Shown here: piece after piece, positions 8,877 through 18,174 of the stretch
Numbering within the stretch: position 1 is the first letter of the stretch
Layout of the letters: each line of letters starts with the position of its first letter
Origin: Armatimonadota bacterium
GTDB taxonomy: Bacteria > Armatimonadota > Zipacnadia > Zipacnadales > UBA5352
Reading direction: 5' to 3'
DNA length: 29,934 bases
Assembly (NCBI GenBank): GCA_034722055.1
Contig: JAYENL010000194.1
Coordinates: 1 to 29,934 of the forward strand
The notes under the pieces: model-generated
What the model was told of the DNA's origin: nothing
Databases searched by the model: none
The model's input: only the letters and a program-made list of their open reading frames with translations
Program-made: the position numbers and the translations under genes

Positions 8877-10271
8877 ATGAGGACGACCTTCGCGATGAGC
8901 TGGAGCTGCTGGCCGCTGATGGCGGCGGCCGCCTGCCTGATGAGGGCGTTGCCCGCCGGCGGCGAGGAGCCCTACCGCCTGGGCGTCGATGACGTCATCG
9001 CCGTCAGCGTCCTCTACCACCCGGACTTCAGCCTTGAGGCCGCCACCGTGCGCCCGGATGGCATGATCAACGTGCCCGGGGCCGGTGACCTGCGGGCCGA
9101 GGGCAGGACGGTGGTGGAGCTCGCCGACGCCGTCGCCGGCGCGCTGCGCGACGAGCTCCGGGACCCCAAGGTCTCGGTGCGGCTGGTCCGCAGGCATGTC
9201 CTGCCGGTCTACGTGCTGGGGGCGGTGGGGCGGCCGGGGCCTGTGGAGGTCCGCGAGCCGGTGACGGTCGCGGAGGCCGTGGCGCTGGCAGGGGGGCTGA
9301 GCGCTCAGGCCGCACCCCGCTGGGCGACGCTCATGGCTGCGGACGGTCGGCAGAGGCGCATCGATGTGCTGGCCGCGCTCTCAGGCGGCGGCGAGCAAGG
9401 CGCGGTCACGATCGCGCCTGGCGAGACGCTGCTGGTCAGCACGCAGTTCCTGGTGAGTGTGGTCGGTGAGGTTAACGCGCCCGGTCGCTATCCCGCCGAG
9501 CAGGGCGATCGCGTCGCTGACCTCCTCGCCAGCGCCGGGGGGACGACCGATCGGGCCGCCGCCGAGGGGACACTCGTGCGGCCGGATGGGGAGTCCATCA
9601 GGCTGGACGTGGAGGCGATCGCCCAGCGTGGCGAGGCCGCCTCCAACGTCGCGGTGGCGCCGGGGGACCTCATCGTGATCCCCGAGGCCAGGCGCCGCGT
9701 CACGGTGGTCGGTGCGGTGCAGGCGCCGGGCAGGTACGAGTTCGATGACGGCGAGCGCGTCTCCCACGCCGTTGCCGTGGCGCAGGGCGCGACGGAGGAT
9801 GCCCGACTGCCCGGCGCGGTGCTGGTGCGCGCGGACGGCAGCTCGCTCCCCGTGAACCTGGAGGGCCTGCTGCAGGGCGAGGCGGGAGCGGCCGATCCGG
9901 AGCTGGCCGACGGCGATGTGCTGATCGTGCCGCGCAGCGTTGATCGCGTGGCGGTGCTGGGCATGGTGGTCAAGCCGGGCCTGGTGGCCCTGGAGCCGGA
10001 GATGACGCTGATGGACGCGCTGGGGGCAGCGGGCGGCTGGGCCGAGGAGGGCGCCGAGCCGGAGCGCACCATCCTCTGGCGCGAGGGCGGCGAGGGGCCG
10101 CAGATGCGGTTCATCGACGCTCGCGCCCTGATGCTGGGCCGAGGTGGCCCCGAGAACCCCATCCTGCAGCCCGGCGACATCATCTTCGTGCCCTCCGACA
10201 GCGGAATCACCCGTGACGAGGCCGCCCGCCTTCTGCTGGGCGTGGCCGGCCTGCTGCGCATCGTCTTCTGA
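8877..10271 (+). CDS. wza: Polysaccharide export protein (Wza/OPX-like; Poly_export plus about four SLBB domains)
   Basis: YRLGVDDVIAVSV..TVRPDGMINVP..G.LRAEGRT (Poly_export). Four repeats of V.V.G.V..PG......A...AGG....GD.I.VP (SLBB), and a C-terminal amphipathic helix. Exact start uncertain. Confidence 0.85.
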   Translation: MRTTFAMSWSCWPLMAAAACLMRALPAGGEEPYRLGVDDVIAVSVLYHPDFSLEAATVRPDGMINVPGAGDLRAEGRTVVELADAVAGALRDELRDPKVSVRLVRRHVLPVYVLGAVGRPGPVEVREPVTVAEAVALAGGLSAQAAPRWATLMAADGRQRRIDVLAALSGGGEQGAVTIAPGETLLVSTQFLVSVVGEVNAPGRYPAEQGDRVADLLASAGGTTDRAAAEGTLVRPDGESIRLDVEAIAQRGEAASNVAVAPGDLIVIPEARRRVTVVGAVQAPGRYEFDDGERVSHAVAVAQGATEDARLPGAVLVRADGSSLPVNLEGLLQGEAGAADPELADGDVLIVPRSVDRVAVLGMVVKPGLVALEPEMTLMDALGAAGGWAEEGAEPERTILWREGGEGPQMRFIDARALMLGRGGPENPILQPGDIIFVPSDSGITRDEAARLLLGVAGLLRIVF

Positions 10272-10277
10272 GGCATC

Positions 10278-12257
10278 ATGACGGGCGGATCCTACGAGCC
10301 GATGACCGCGCGCGATCACCTGCGGCTGCTGGGGCGCCGCAGGTGGGTGCTGCTGGGCGTGCTCGGGGCCTGCGTCGCTGCTGCGGGGGCCTACGTGCTG
10401 GTGGCCACGCCGGTCTACGAGGCGCGCGCGGAGCTGGTAGTGGTCTCTGAGGAGCCGCCGCGCGCGGCGGTGCTGTCTGCGGCGCCGGTGCTGTCGATGC
10501 TCGGGGAGCCGGTCTCTGCGCTGGGCGGCGCCGACCTCGCCACGCAGGTCCAGCTCGTGTGCAGCCGACCCGCCCTGCAGGGCGCCTGGGGCATCCTCCA
10601 CGAGCGCCCGGACCTGCTGGAGCGGCTGCGCCGGGAGGGCCTCAGCGAGGAGCTGTTCGAGTCCCTGCCCCAGGTCCTCGCCTCCCTGCCGCCCCAGCCG
10701 CCGCCCACCCGGTGGCCGGAGCACCAGCAGGCGCTCTTCGACACCCTCCTGGTCGCCGCGGTGGAGGACTCCCAGCTCATCGAGGTCCGCTGCGAATACA
10801 CGGACCCGGAGATGGCCCGGGACTTCATCAACGCCCTGGTGCTCTCGTACCTGGGCCGCAGCCTGGCGGACGCCCGGGCCGCGACGCGCCGGACTCGCAG
10901 CTACATCGAGGAGCAGATCGCGGACGTGGAGCGGCGGCTGGCGGAGGCCGAGGAGAGTCTCCGCAGCTTCGGGGAGCGGGTGGGCACGGTGGAGCTGCAG
11001 GAGGCGGCTCGCCAGCAGATCGGCCTGGTGGTGCGGCTCAGCGAGCAGGCGGCGATGGCCCGCTCCACGGCCAACGCCCAGGCCGCTCTACAGGAGGAGC
11101 TGATGGGAGAGCTGGGGGAGGTGGATGAGCGGATCGTGCGCGCCATCATCAGGACGCGCAACCCGCAGATCGCCGAGCTGCAGAAGGCGCTCGCTCATGC
11201 CGAGGCCGAGCGGGTGGGCCTGCTGGAGGAGTACGCGCCTGAGAGCATGCCCCTGCGGAGCGCGACCGCCACGGTCGAGGAGCTGCGGGGCCAGCTCCGG
11301 GCGGCCTCGGCCGAGGTGGTGGGCTCTCGCGAGGAGGCCGTCAACCCCGTCGCCCAGCAGCTCATGGAGCGAATGCTGGTTGCCCAGGGGGACGAGATGG
11401 CCGCTCGGAAGTCGCTGGAGGTGCTGCGGGAGGCCGTGGCGCGCGCGGAGGACAAGCTCGAAGGTCTGCCCGATGACCAGGTGGGATTGCTGCGGCTGCA
11501 GCGGGAGGTGGAGCTGCTGGAGCGCATTTACATGGCGCTGAAGGAGCGGGAGCAGGACCTGGCCATCAGCGAGCGCGCCAAGACCCCGGCCTCGCGGCTC
11601 GTGGAGCACGCCATCCTGCCCGACGAGCCGGCCCGACCCCGGCCGCTGCTGAGCATCGCGGCCGGGGTTGGGGCGGGACTGCTGCTGGGTCTGCTGGCCG
11701 TGGGGCTCGCCGAGCACCTCGACCTCCGGCCGCGCGACCCCCAGCGCGCCGCGCGGATGCTGGGCCTGCCGGTGCTGGCGGTGCTGGGCGGCCGGTGGTG
11801 CAGCGCGGAGCATCGCAGCGAAGCGGACGCCGAGGCGCTGTCGGCACTTCTGAGGCAGGTCGGGGCTCGTGCCGGGGAGCGGTCGGTCGCTGTGCTGTCG
11901 GCCGGCGCGGGGGATGCGGCCCGGGCGCTCGCCGGGGCGCTGGCGGAGGTGGCGGGAGAAGAGGGCCGCAGCGTCCGGGTCCGCGAGGGAGAGCCATCCT
12001 CCCCTGACGCTTCGCACGAGATGACGCTGGTGGTGCCCCAGCCGGGCGCTGCGGGGCTGCTGGAGGCGCTGCCGGGCCTCGGTGAGGGCTGGCCGGCGGT
12101 GGTGATCGTGGACCTGGCGCGGACGAACGTGGACGCGGCCGGCCGGCTTACCACGCTCGCCGAGGAGAGCGGCGGCCGGCTGATCGGCACGGTCGCGGTG
12201 GGTGCGCGCCGAAGCCGGGCGGAGTACTTTCCGGCGGAGACGGAGAGACGCGTATGA
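10278..12257 (+). CDS. wzc: Polysaccharide co-polymerase (Wzc/GumC-like) with a degenerate C-terminal tyrosine-kinase domain
   Basis: Wzz-type N-terminus (LLGRRRWVLL..TPVYEARAEL), long coiled coil, RLVEHAILPDEPARPR, Gly-rich second TM, LGLPVLAVL. The C-terminal domain lacks the Walker A Lys and the Tyr cluster. Confidence 0.85.
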   Translation: MTGGSYEPMTARDHLRLLGRRRWVLLGVLGACVAAAGAYVLVATPVYEARAELVVVSEEPPRAAVLSAAPVLSMLGEPVSALGGADLATQVQLVCSRPALQGAWGILHERPDLLERLRREGLSEELFESLPQVLASLPPQPPPTRWPEHQQALFDTLLVAAVEDSQLIEVRCEYTDPEMARDFINALVLSYLGRSLADARAATRRTRSYIEEQIADVERRLAEAEESLRSFGERVGTVELQEAARQQIGLVVRLSEQAAMARSTANAQAALQEELMGELGEVDERIVRAIIRTRNPQIAELQKALAHAEAERVGLLEEYAPESMPLRSATATVEELRGQLRAASAEVVGSREEAVNPVAQQLMERMLVAQGDEMAARKSLEVLREAVARAEDKLEGLPDDQVGLLRLQREVELLERIYMALKEREQDLAISERAKTPASRLVEHAILPDEPARPRPLLSIAAGVGAGLLLGLLAVGLAEHLDLRPRDPQRAARMLGLPVLAVLGGRWCSAEHRSEADAEALSALLRQVGARAGERSVAVLSAGAGDAARALAGALAEVAGEEGRSVRVREGEPSSPDASHEMTLVVPQPGAAGLLEALPGLGEGWPAVVIVDLARTNVDAAGRLTTLAEESGGRLIGTVAVGARRSRAEYFPAETERRV

Positions 12258-12261
12258 CCAG

Positions 12262-13992
12262 ATGCCGGCGCACGCAGGGCGAGAGGAGGGCAGCGCCGCC
12301 ACCTCAGGGCGCTGCGGCGGCATGCTCCTGATGATCGGCATCGATGGCGCCGCTCCCGATATGGTGGAGCGGCTCACCTCCACGGATCGCATGCCCACGC
12401 TGCGCATGCTGATGCGCCACGGCGTCTACGGTCGCCTGGAATCCTCTGCCAACTGCAGCCCGGCATCGGCATGGTCGAGCGTCCTCACCGGCGTCAATCC
12501 CGGCAAGCATGGGGTCTGGGACCTGCAGATGCTGGTGCCAGGCACCTACGAGTGGCAGCCCGCCCACTCCCGACTCCTCCGGGCGCCCACGCTTCCCCAG
12601 CTTCTCACCGACCGTGGTCTGGAGGCGGGCACGGTGCTGGTGCCCATGACCTTCCCCGCGCGCGAGGCCGAGTGGACGACGGTGGCCGGGTGGCTGGCGC
12701 CGTCGGTGGACGCCGAGGGCTTCGCCCACCCCCGGCGGGTGGCGACCATGGCCGCGCGCAGGCTGCAGGACGTCCCGCTGCTGCCCCGGCTGGAATCATT
12801 CGCGCGCTCCGGGCACTATGGGGCCGGGATCGAGGTCGCGCTGGAGGCGCTGCAGGCCAAGGCCAAGCTCGCCCGGGAGCTGCTCGGCGACCGGCGATGG
12901 GACATGCTGGCGGTCAACTTCACTGAGCTGGATCCCATCCAGCGATGGTACTGGCACCTGAACGACCGCAGGCACCCGGAGCATCGCGAGGAGCTGATGA
13001 CCAGGCACGGGGAGCTGATCGCCGACGCCTACGTAGTAGTGGACGCCGCCGTGCGTGACCTCATTGATGCCCTGGAGCCATCCGATCACCTGCTGGTCGT
13101 TGCGCCCTACGGGATGACGCTGAACAGCCGCGCCCCGGCGTGTGTGCCCGACGTGATGAGCCACCTGGAGCTGCTGGTTACGCGGTCGTCGGCCGGCGGG
13201 GCCTGGCACCGTCTCATGAGCGCCATGGCCGACGCTTCCGACGGGGCCCTGCGCGCGCTGCGAGGCGTGCTCCCCGGCGGCCTCGCCGACCTGCTCCCCG
13301 AGCCGATGGACGCCGGCGAGGCCGGGCGCCGGGCGGACGGCGATCCCTGGATCGACTATCAGCGGAGCTGGGTGCTCCCCGCTCCCGGCGGACACCTTTT
13401 CCTCAATACGGAGGCCGAGTTCCCGCTGGGCATCGTGCCCAGCGGCATGCTCGACAGCCTGCTGATGAACATCATCTCCAAGCTGCAGACGGGCATAGAC
13501 CCCGCCACCGGCCGCCAGCCCCTTCAGTGGGCTCAGCGCCGGCAGGAGGTGTTCTCGGGCCCCTACCTCAGCCGTATTCCGCACCTCGTCATCCGCTGGC
13601 AGGACCGGGGCGTGGTCACAGGGCTGACTGTCACCGGAAGGGACGGTCGCGTCCAGGTCGCGCGGCCCTCCGGGCCGACCATGCCCGGTGGCGCTCCGGG
13701 GCCGGAGGGGGTGCTCATCGCCGCCGGCGCCGGGGTGCGCCGGGGCGTGCGGGTGGAGGGCGCTGGTGTGGAGGACGTGGCGGCCACCGTCATGCACCTG
13801 TGCGGCCAGCGCGTGCCCGCCTACTTCGACGGCCGCGTCCTGGAGGAGGCGCTGACGCCGGACTTCCTGGAGGAACATCCCGTCCGCGTCCTCGACCGCG
13901 AGCTGCCGAAGGTCATCGAGGATCCCATCCGCATCGAGCAGGCCTCGCGCGTCGTTCGCGACCATCTCCGGGACCTGGGCTACTGGCGCTGA
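12262..13992 (+). CDS. Alkaline phosphatase superfamily protein (NPP/COG3379-like), paralog 1; predicted catalytically inactive
   Basis: IGIDG, AWSSVLTGVNPGKHG, DVAATV and LRDLGY are retained, while the metal and nucleophile residues are substituted (see findings). Start uncertain (12262 or 12322). Confidence 0.85.
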   Translation: MPAHAGREEGSAATSGRCGGMLLMIGIDGAAPDMVERLTSTDRMPTLRMLMRHGVYGRLESSANCSPASAWSSVLTGVNPGKHGVWDLQMLVPGTYEWQPAHSRLLRAPTLPQLLTDRGLEAGTVLVPMTFPAREAEWTTVAGWLAPSVDAEGFAHPRRVATMAARRLQDVPLLPRLESFARSGHYGAGIEVALEALQAKAKLARELLGDRRWDMLAVNFTELDPIQRWYWHLNDRRHPEHREELMTRHGELIADAYVVVDAAVRDLIDALEPSDHLLVVAPYGMTLNSRAPACVPDVMSHLELLVTRSSAGGAWHRLMSAMADASDGALRALRGVLPGGLADLLPEPMDAGEAGRRADGDPWIDYQRSWVLPAPGGHLFLNTEAEFPLGIVPSGMLDSLLMNIISKLQTGIDPATGRQPLQWAQRRQEVFSGPYLSRIPHLVIRWQDRGVVTGLTVTGRDGRVQVARPSGPTMPGGAPGPEGVLIAAGAGVRRGVRVEGAGVEDVAATVMHLCGQRVPAYFDGRVLEEALTPDFLEEHPVRVLDRELPKVIEDPIRIEQASRVVRDHLRDLGYWR

Positions 13993-13993
13993 C

Positions 13994-15637
13994 ATGCCAC
14001 GGGTGCTGATCGTGGGGATCGACGGGCTGCCGCCAGGCCTTCTGCGGCAGATGGTGGCCGGCGGGCGAATGCCCGAGATCGGCGGCCTTGCGCGCGGAGG
14101 CTGCGGCGGCGTACTGGAGTCCACCCCCAACTACCAGAGCGCCTCGGCCTGGAGCTCGCTGGTCACCGGCGCCAACCCCGGCGCCCACGGCATCTTTCAC
14201 TTCACCAACCCGGTTCGGGGCAGCTACCGGCCCCGGCAGATCACAGCCGCCGATCGCCGGGCTCCCAGCCTCTGGCGCCTGCTCTCCGACGAGGGGCTAC
14301 GCGTTGCCGCCATGAACGTCCCCGTCTCCTACCCGACCGAGCCCGTCAACGGGGCCGTGATCGCCGGTTGGCTCTGCCCCTCCGCGGCCACGCCAGGCTT
14401 CACGCACCCGCCGGAGCTTGCCGAGCAGGTGGTGGATCAGTTCGGCGCCTATCCCATCCACCCGGATGTGCGCCGGCACGCCCTTTCGGGCCGCTACGAG
14501 CGCGTGGCGAAGAATGCCGCGGAGGGCATCCGGTACAAGCTGCGCGTGGCGCGATGGCTCGTCGCGCGGAAGCGGCCGGACGTCGCCTGCGCGGTCGTCA
14601 CTGAGCTGGACTCCCTGCAGCACTGGTGCTGGCATCTGCTGGACAGGACGCACCCCGAGCACGATGCGGAGGGGGCCGAACGCTGGCGGGAGACGCTCAC
14701 TGCGCCCTACGAGGTCCTGGATCGCGAGCTGAGCCGGCTCCTGGAGGAGGTCGGCCCCGACTGCGACCTCCTGATCGTCTCCGACCACGGCCAGGCGCCC
14801 AACTCATGCGCTCAGGTGCTGCTGCGGCCCTGGCTGATTGAGGCCGGCTACCTCGTACCGCGGCGGCGCGGCGTGACAGCTCGTGCCGCCGACGGCCTGC
14901 TTGGCCGCGGTCTCGATCTCGCCAGGAACTGCCTCAGCAACCGCCTGAAGTCGCTGCTTCGCGCCAGAGTCCCGGCGCTGCTCACCCGGGCTCAGTCGGC
15001 CGCTCGAGGGATGCGGGTTGACTGGTCTGCCACGCGGGCATGGACGGAGGCCGGTCATGTGTTCGTGAACCTGGCGGGCCGGTGGCCGGAGGGCATCGTG
15101 GCGGACGGCGACGAGCGCCGGGAGCTGCTGCAGGAGCTTGAGCAGGAGCTGCGCTCGCTGGTTGACGCCGACACCGGAGAGCCCGCCGTGCGGGAGATTA
15201 CGCGCGGCGAGGATGTCTTCAGCGGCCCGGAGGCGGACCTGATGCCCGATCTCCTGGTCCACTGGCGCAACCACCTGCGCGTGCGAGCCCTGCGGTGGCG
15301 GGGCCGGCGCATCGAGCACCCCTCGCCGCCGGTGTTGCCGACCGGCGCCCATCACCCCGCCGGCACACTCATCGGTGCCGGCCCCAGCTTCGCGAGCATC
15401 CGGGACTGCCGGCGGTGTATCTATGACGTGGCGCCCACGGTCATGCACCTGTGCGGCCTGCCAGTCCCGTCATACATGGATGGCGAGGTCATGACCGACC
15501 TGCTGGTGCCGGAGGCGGCGAAGGATGTCCGCACGGTCGCGGTGAACCATCAGGTGCGCTCGCAGAGGCCGCGGCCCGCGGCTTCGGGGGATGACGTCGT
15601 GGCACGCCGGCTGCGGTCGCTTGGGTACATTGAGTAG
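13994..15637 (+). CDS. Alkaline phosphatase superfamily protein (NPP/COG3379-like), paralog 2
   Basis: VGIDG, STPNYQSASAWSSLVTGANPGAHG, DSLQH, VSDHG, GAHHPAG, DVAPT, RLRSLGY. Confidence 0.9.
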   Translation: MPRVLIVGIDGLPPGLLRQMVAGGRMPEIGGLARGGCGGVLESTPNYQSASAWSSLVTGANPGAHGIFHFTNPVRGSYRPRQITAADRRAPSLWRLLSDEGLRVAAMNVPVSYPTEPVNGAVIAGWLCPSAATPGFTHPPELAEQVVDQFGAYPIHPDVRRHALSGRYERVAKNAAEGIRYKLRVARWLVARKRPDVACAVVTELDSLQHWCWHLLDRTHPEHDAEGAERWRETLTAPYEVLDRELSRLLEEVGPDCDLLIVSDHGQAPNSCAQVLLRPWLIEAGYLVPRRRGVTARAADGLLGRGLDLARNCLSNRLKSLLRARVPALLTRAQSAARGMRVDWSATRAWTEAGHVFVNLAGRWPEGIVADGDERRELLQELEQELRSLVDADTGEPAVREITRGEDVFSGPEADLMPDLLVHWRNHLRVRALRWRGRRIEHPSPPVLPTGAHHPAGTLIGAGPSFASIRDCRRCIYDVAPTVMHLCGLPVPSYMDGEVMTDLLVPEAAKDVRTVAVNHQVRSQRPRPAASGDDVVARRLRSLGYIE

Positions 15638-15646
15638 GTGGGTGAG

Positions 15647-16543
15647 ATGATACCTGACAGCGTGCTGGAGGTCCTGGCCTGTCCGGCGTGCGGGGACTGT
15701 CCCATGCGGGGAGACGTGGACGAGGAGCGCAACGGTGTCATCGTCGCCGGCACCCTGGCCTGCCCGGCGTGCAAGCGTCGGTACACGATCACCAGCGACA
15801 TTCCCAGCCTCATGCCTCCCACGCTCGCATCCAGCCTCCGCGTCGCGGATGAGCACTGGAGCGAGTGGCGAGCGGTCATGGATGAGTTCCTCCGCTGGCG
15901 GGACGAGGCCTGGTCGGATGCCGAGGCGGCCGCCCAGCGACGCGCCAGTGCCAGGGCCATGCACGAGCGCTTCCTGGAGTTCTGCGCACTGCCGGAGGAT
16001 GACGTGATGTGCCTGGAGATCGGCTCCGGGAGCGGCCACCTCGCGGACCTGCTGCCCGAGTCCGTCACCTACGTGGGGATCGATCCCCTCCCCGGCGGCC
16101 GGCCTCCCGGCGGCGAGGACCTGCCCCAGCACATGCCCCGGCCCGAGCGCGAGGTCTGCCTCATCCAGGCGGTCGGCGAGCATCTCCCCTTCCGCGATGA
16201 CGCCCTCGAGGTGGGCCTCATCGCCGGTTCGCTGGACCACTGCCTGCAGCCTGAGACCGTCCTGGGGCAGGCGCGCCGGGTGCTCAGGCCCGGCGCACGG
16301 TTCGGGCTGCTCCAGGGCGTCTCCGAGCCCCAGACCGAGGGTGGCCTGGGCGGTCTCATGCGCTCCATCGTGGGTGCGCTGGCCGGGGACTCGGCCGGCA
16401 GTGCACGGAGAACGCACCTGCACACCTTCTCAGCGGACGCCATCCGCGCCCTCGTGGGGCAGCATTTCGACGTGGAGGAGAGCGTCGAGGACAACGGCCG
16501 AGTCTTCATCCGCGGCTCAGCGGGGTCCGGCGCGGGGAGATGA
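15647..16543 (+). CDS. Class I SAM-dependent methyltransferase with an N-terminal Trm112-like zinc-ribbon domain
   Basis: LEVLACPAC....GTLACPACKRRYTI..DIPSL (Trm112-like), LEIGSGSG (motif I), GEHLPFRDD, LDH, RRVLRPG. Confidence 0.85.
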   Translation: MIPDSVLEVLACPACGDCPMRGDVDEERNGVIVAGTLACPACKRRYTITSDIPSLMPPTLASSLRVADEHWSEWRAVMDEFLRWRDEAWSDAEAAAQRRASARAMHERFLEFCALPEDDVMCLEIGSGSGHLADLLPESVTYVGIDPLPGGRPPGGEDLPQHMPRPEREVCLIQAVGEHLPFRDDALEVGLIAGSLDHCLQPETVLGQARRVLRPGARFGLLQGVSEPQTEGGLGGLMRSIVGALAGDSAGSARRTHLHTFSADAIRALVGQHFDVEESVEDNGRVFIRGSAGSGAGR

Positions 16544-18174
16544 CCGGTGCGCCGGCGCTCATCGTGATCGGCATCGATGGCGGCACCTTCGACCTCATCG
16601 ACCCCTGGGTCGCCGCTGGTGAGCTGCCGGCCATCGCCTCCCTGATGCGAGGCGGCTGCGTCGGCCGGCTGCGCTCCACGCACCCCCCGCTCACTCCCGT
16701 GGCCTGGTCCAGCATGCTCACCGGCTGCAGCCCCGGGCGCCACGGCATCTACGCCTTCCTGGAGATCCCGCCGGATAGCTACCAGCCGCGCTTCCTGAGC
16801 GGCGGGGCGCTCCCGCTCAAGACCGTCTTTGAGATGGCCTCCGACGCCGGGCTGCGCGTCGGCGCGCTGAACGTCCCCTGGACCTGGCCACCTCCGGCCA
16901 TCAGCGGCTTCTGCCTCTCGGGCATCGACGCTCCCCACTTCGGCCCGGGCATCGCCTACCCCCCGGAGCTGTTCGAGGAGCTGACACGGCGCTTCGGCGG
17001 CTACTTCGACAAGAACGTGCCTCCCCGCAGGGAGGGCTATGCTCTGGACCGCCTGGAGGATCGCATCGAGAAGATCGGCGCCATGAGCCGCTTCCTGCTG
17101 CGCGAGCGCCCCGTGGACCTCTTCGCGGTGGTCTTCGTCTCCACGGACCAGGTGCAGCACTGGTTCTGGCACCACCGGAGCGTGCGGGCCCGCGATGGCC
17201 GCCGCATCGACGACCTCGTGCTCCACGTCTGGCGCAGCGTGGACCGACAGATCGGGCGCATGCTCGAGGAGTGCGCCGGCCGGGAGACCACGGTGCTGCT
17301 GGTCTCCGATCACGGTGCGGGGCCCTGCGCCGGCGGGGTCAACCTGAACCGATGGCTGGAGCGCCAGGGCTGGCTGCGTCGGTCACTGCCATCGCCGGCG
17401 GCCCGGCTGCGCCGCACGGCGCTGCGCGTCGGCGGACGGCTGCTCCCGGATGCCCTCCGGCGGAGGCTGCGGCGCCGGCTGGGCGGCGCCCGTCGCCGGA
17501 CGCTGGCGCGCATGCTCGCCCATGGCATAGACTGGCAGGCCACCGACGCGTTCTGCTGGAGCGACTACGGGAACATCTCGGTCAACGCCCAGGGCTGCTT
17601 CTCGCGGGGCCGCGTTGCCGCGTCCCGTCGAGATGCCCTCGTCGATGAGATCGCCGAGGCCCTGATGGAGCTTCGCAGTCCGGAGACCGGCCGGAGGATC
17701 ATGTCCGCGCCGCTGCGCGCGAGGGAGCTGTACCGTGGCGACCGGACCCAGCGTGCCCCGGACCTGCTGGCGGTGCCTCGCGGCTACCGGTGGGAGATCC
17801 TCACGGACTTCACGCTCTCGGGGCCCCTGCCCGAGGAGCTTCGTGGCGCCGTCATCGGGCCCTCGCGGCGCCAGGGAACCCATCGCCTGCATGGTATCTT
17901 CTGCGCCACGGGGCCAGGGATCCGCGAGGGTGGCCGCCTGTCAGGTGCGCGGATCGAGGACGTGGCGCCCACCATCCTCCATCTGCTCGGCCAGCCCATC
18001 CCTGAGGCCATGGACGGCCGCGTGCTCTCCGAGATCCTGCGGCGTAAGGATCGGCGGCGTCATCCTCCCGCTCGAGAGGCTGTGCCGATGGAGCGCGAGG
18101 GCACTGGTGCCACCTACTCCGCGGCGGAGCGCGCCCGGGTGGAGAGCGACCTCCAGGGGCTGGGGTATCTGTGA
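16540..18174 (+). CDS. Alkaline phosphatase superfamily protein (NPP/COG3379-like), paralog 3
   Basis: IGIDGG, STHPPLTPVAWSSMLTG..PGRHG, DQVQH, VSDHG, GTHRLHG, DVAPTIL, LQGLGYL. ATGA overlap with the upstream stop. Confidence 0.9.
   Translation: MTGAPALIVIGIDGGTFDLIDPWVAAGELPAIASLMRGGCVGRLRSTHPPLTPVAWSSMLTGCSPGRHGIYAFLEIPPDSYQPRFLSGGALPLKTVFEMASDAGLRVGALNVPWTWPPPAISGFCLSGIDAPHFGPGIAYPPELFEELTRRFGGYFDKNVPPRREGYALDRLEDRIEKIGAMSRFLLRERPVDLFAVVFVSTDQVQHWFWHHRSVRARDGRRIDDLVLHVWRSVDRQIGRMLEECAGRETTVLLVSDHGAGPCAGGVNLNRWLERQGWLRRSLPSPAARLRRTALRVGGRLLPDALRRRLRRRLGGARRRTLARMLAHGIDWQATDAFCWSDYGNISVNAQGCFSRGRVAASRRDALVDEIAEALMELRSPETGRRIMSAPLRARELYRGDRTQRAPDLLAVPRGYRWEILTDFTLSGPLPEELRGAVIGPSRRQGTHRLHGIFCATGPGIREGGRLSGARIEDVAPTILHLLGQPIPEAMDGRVLSEILRRKDRRRHPPAREAVPMEREGTGATYSAAERARVESDLQGLGYL

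Noticed and set aside
12254..12331. ATG overlapping the wzc stop (ATGA), suggesting a frameshifted start for AlkP paralog 1
   Set aside because: It gives only a 25-aa peptide with no similarity to the paralogs; in-frame ATGs at 12262 and 12322 explain the gene without a frameshift.
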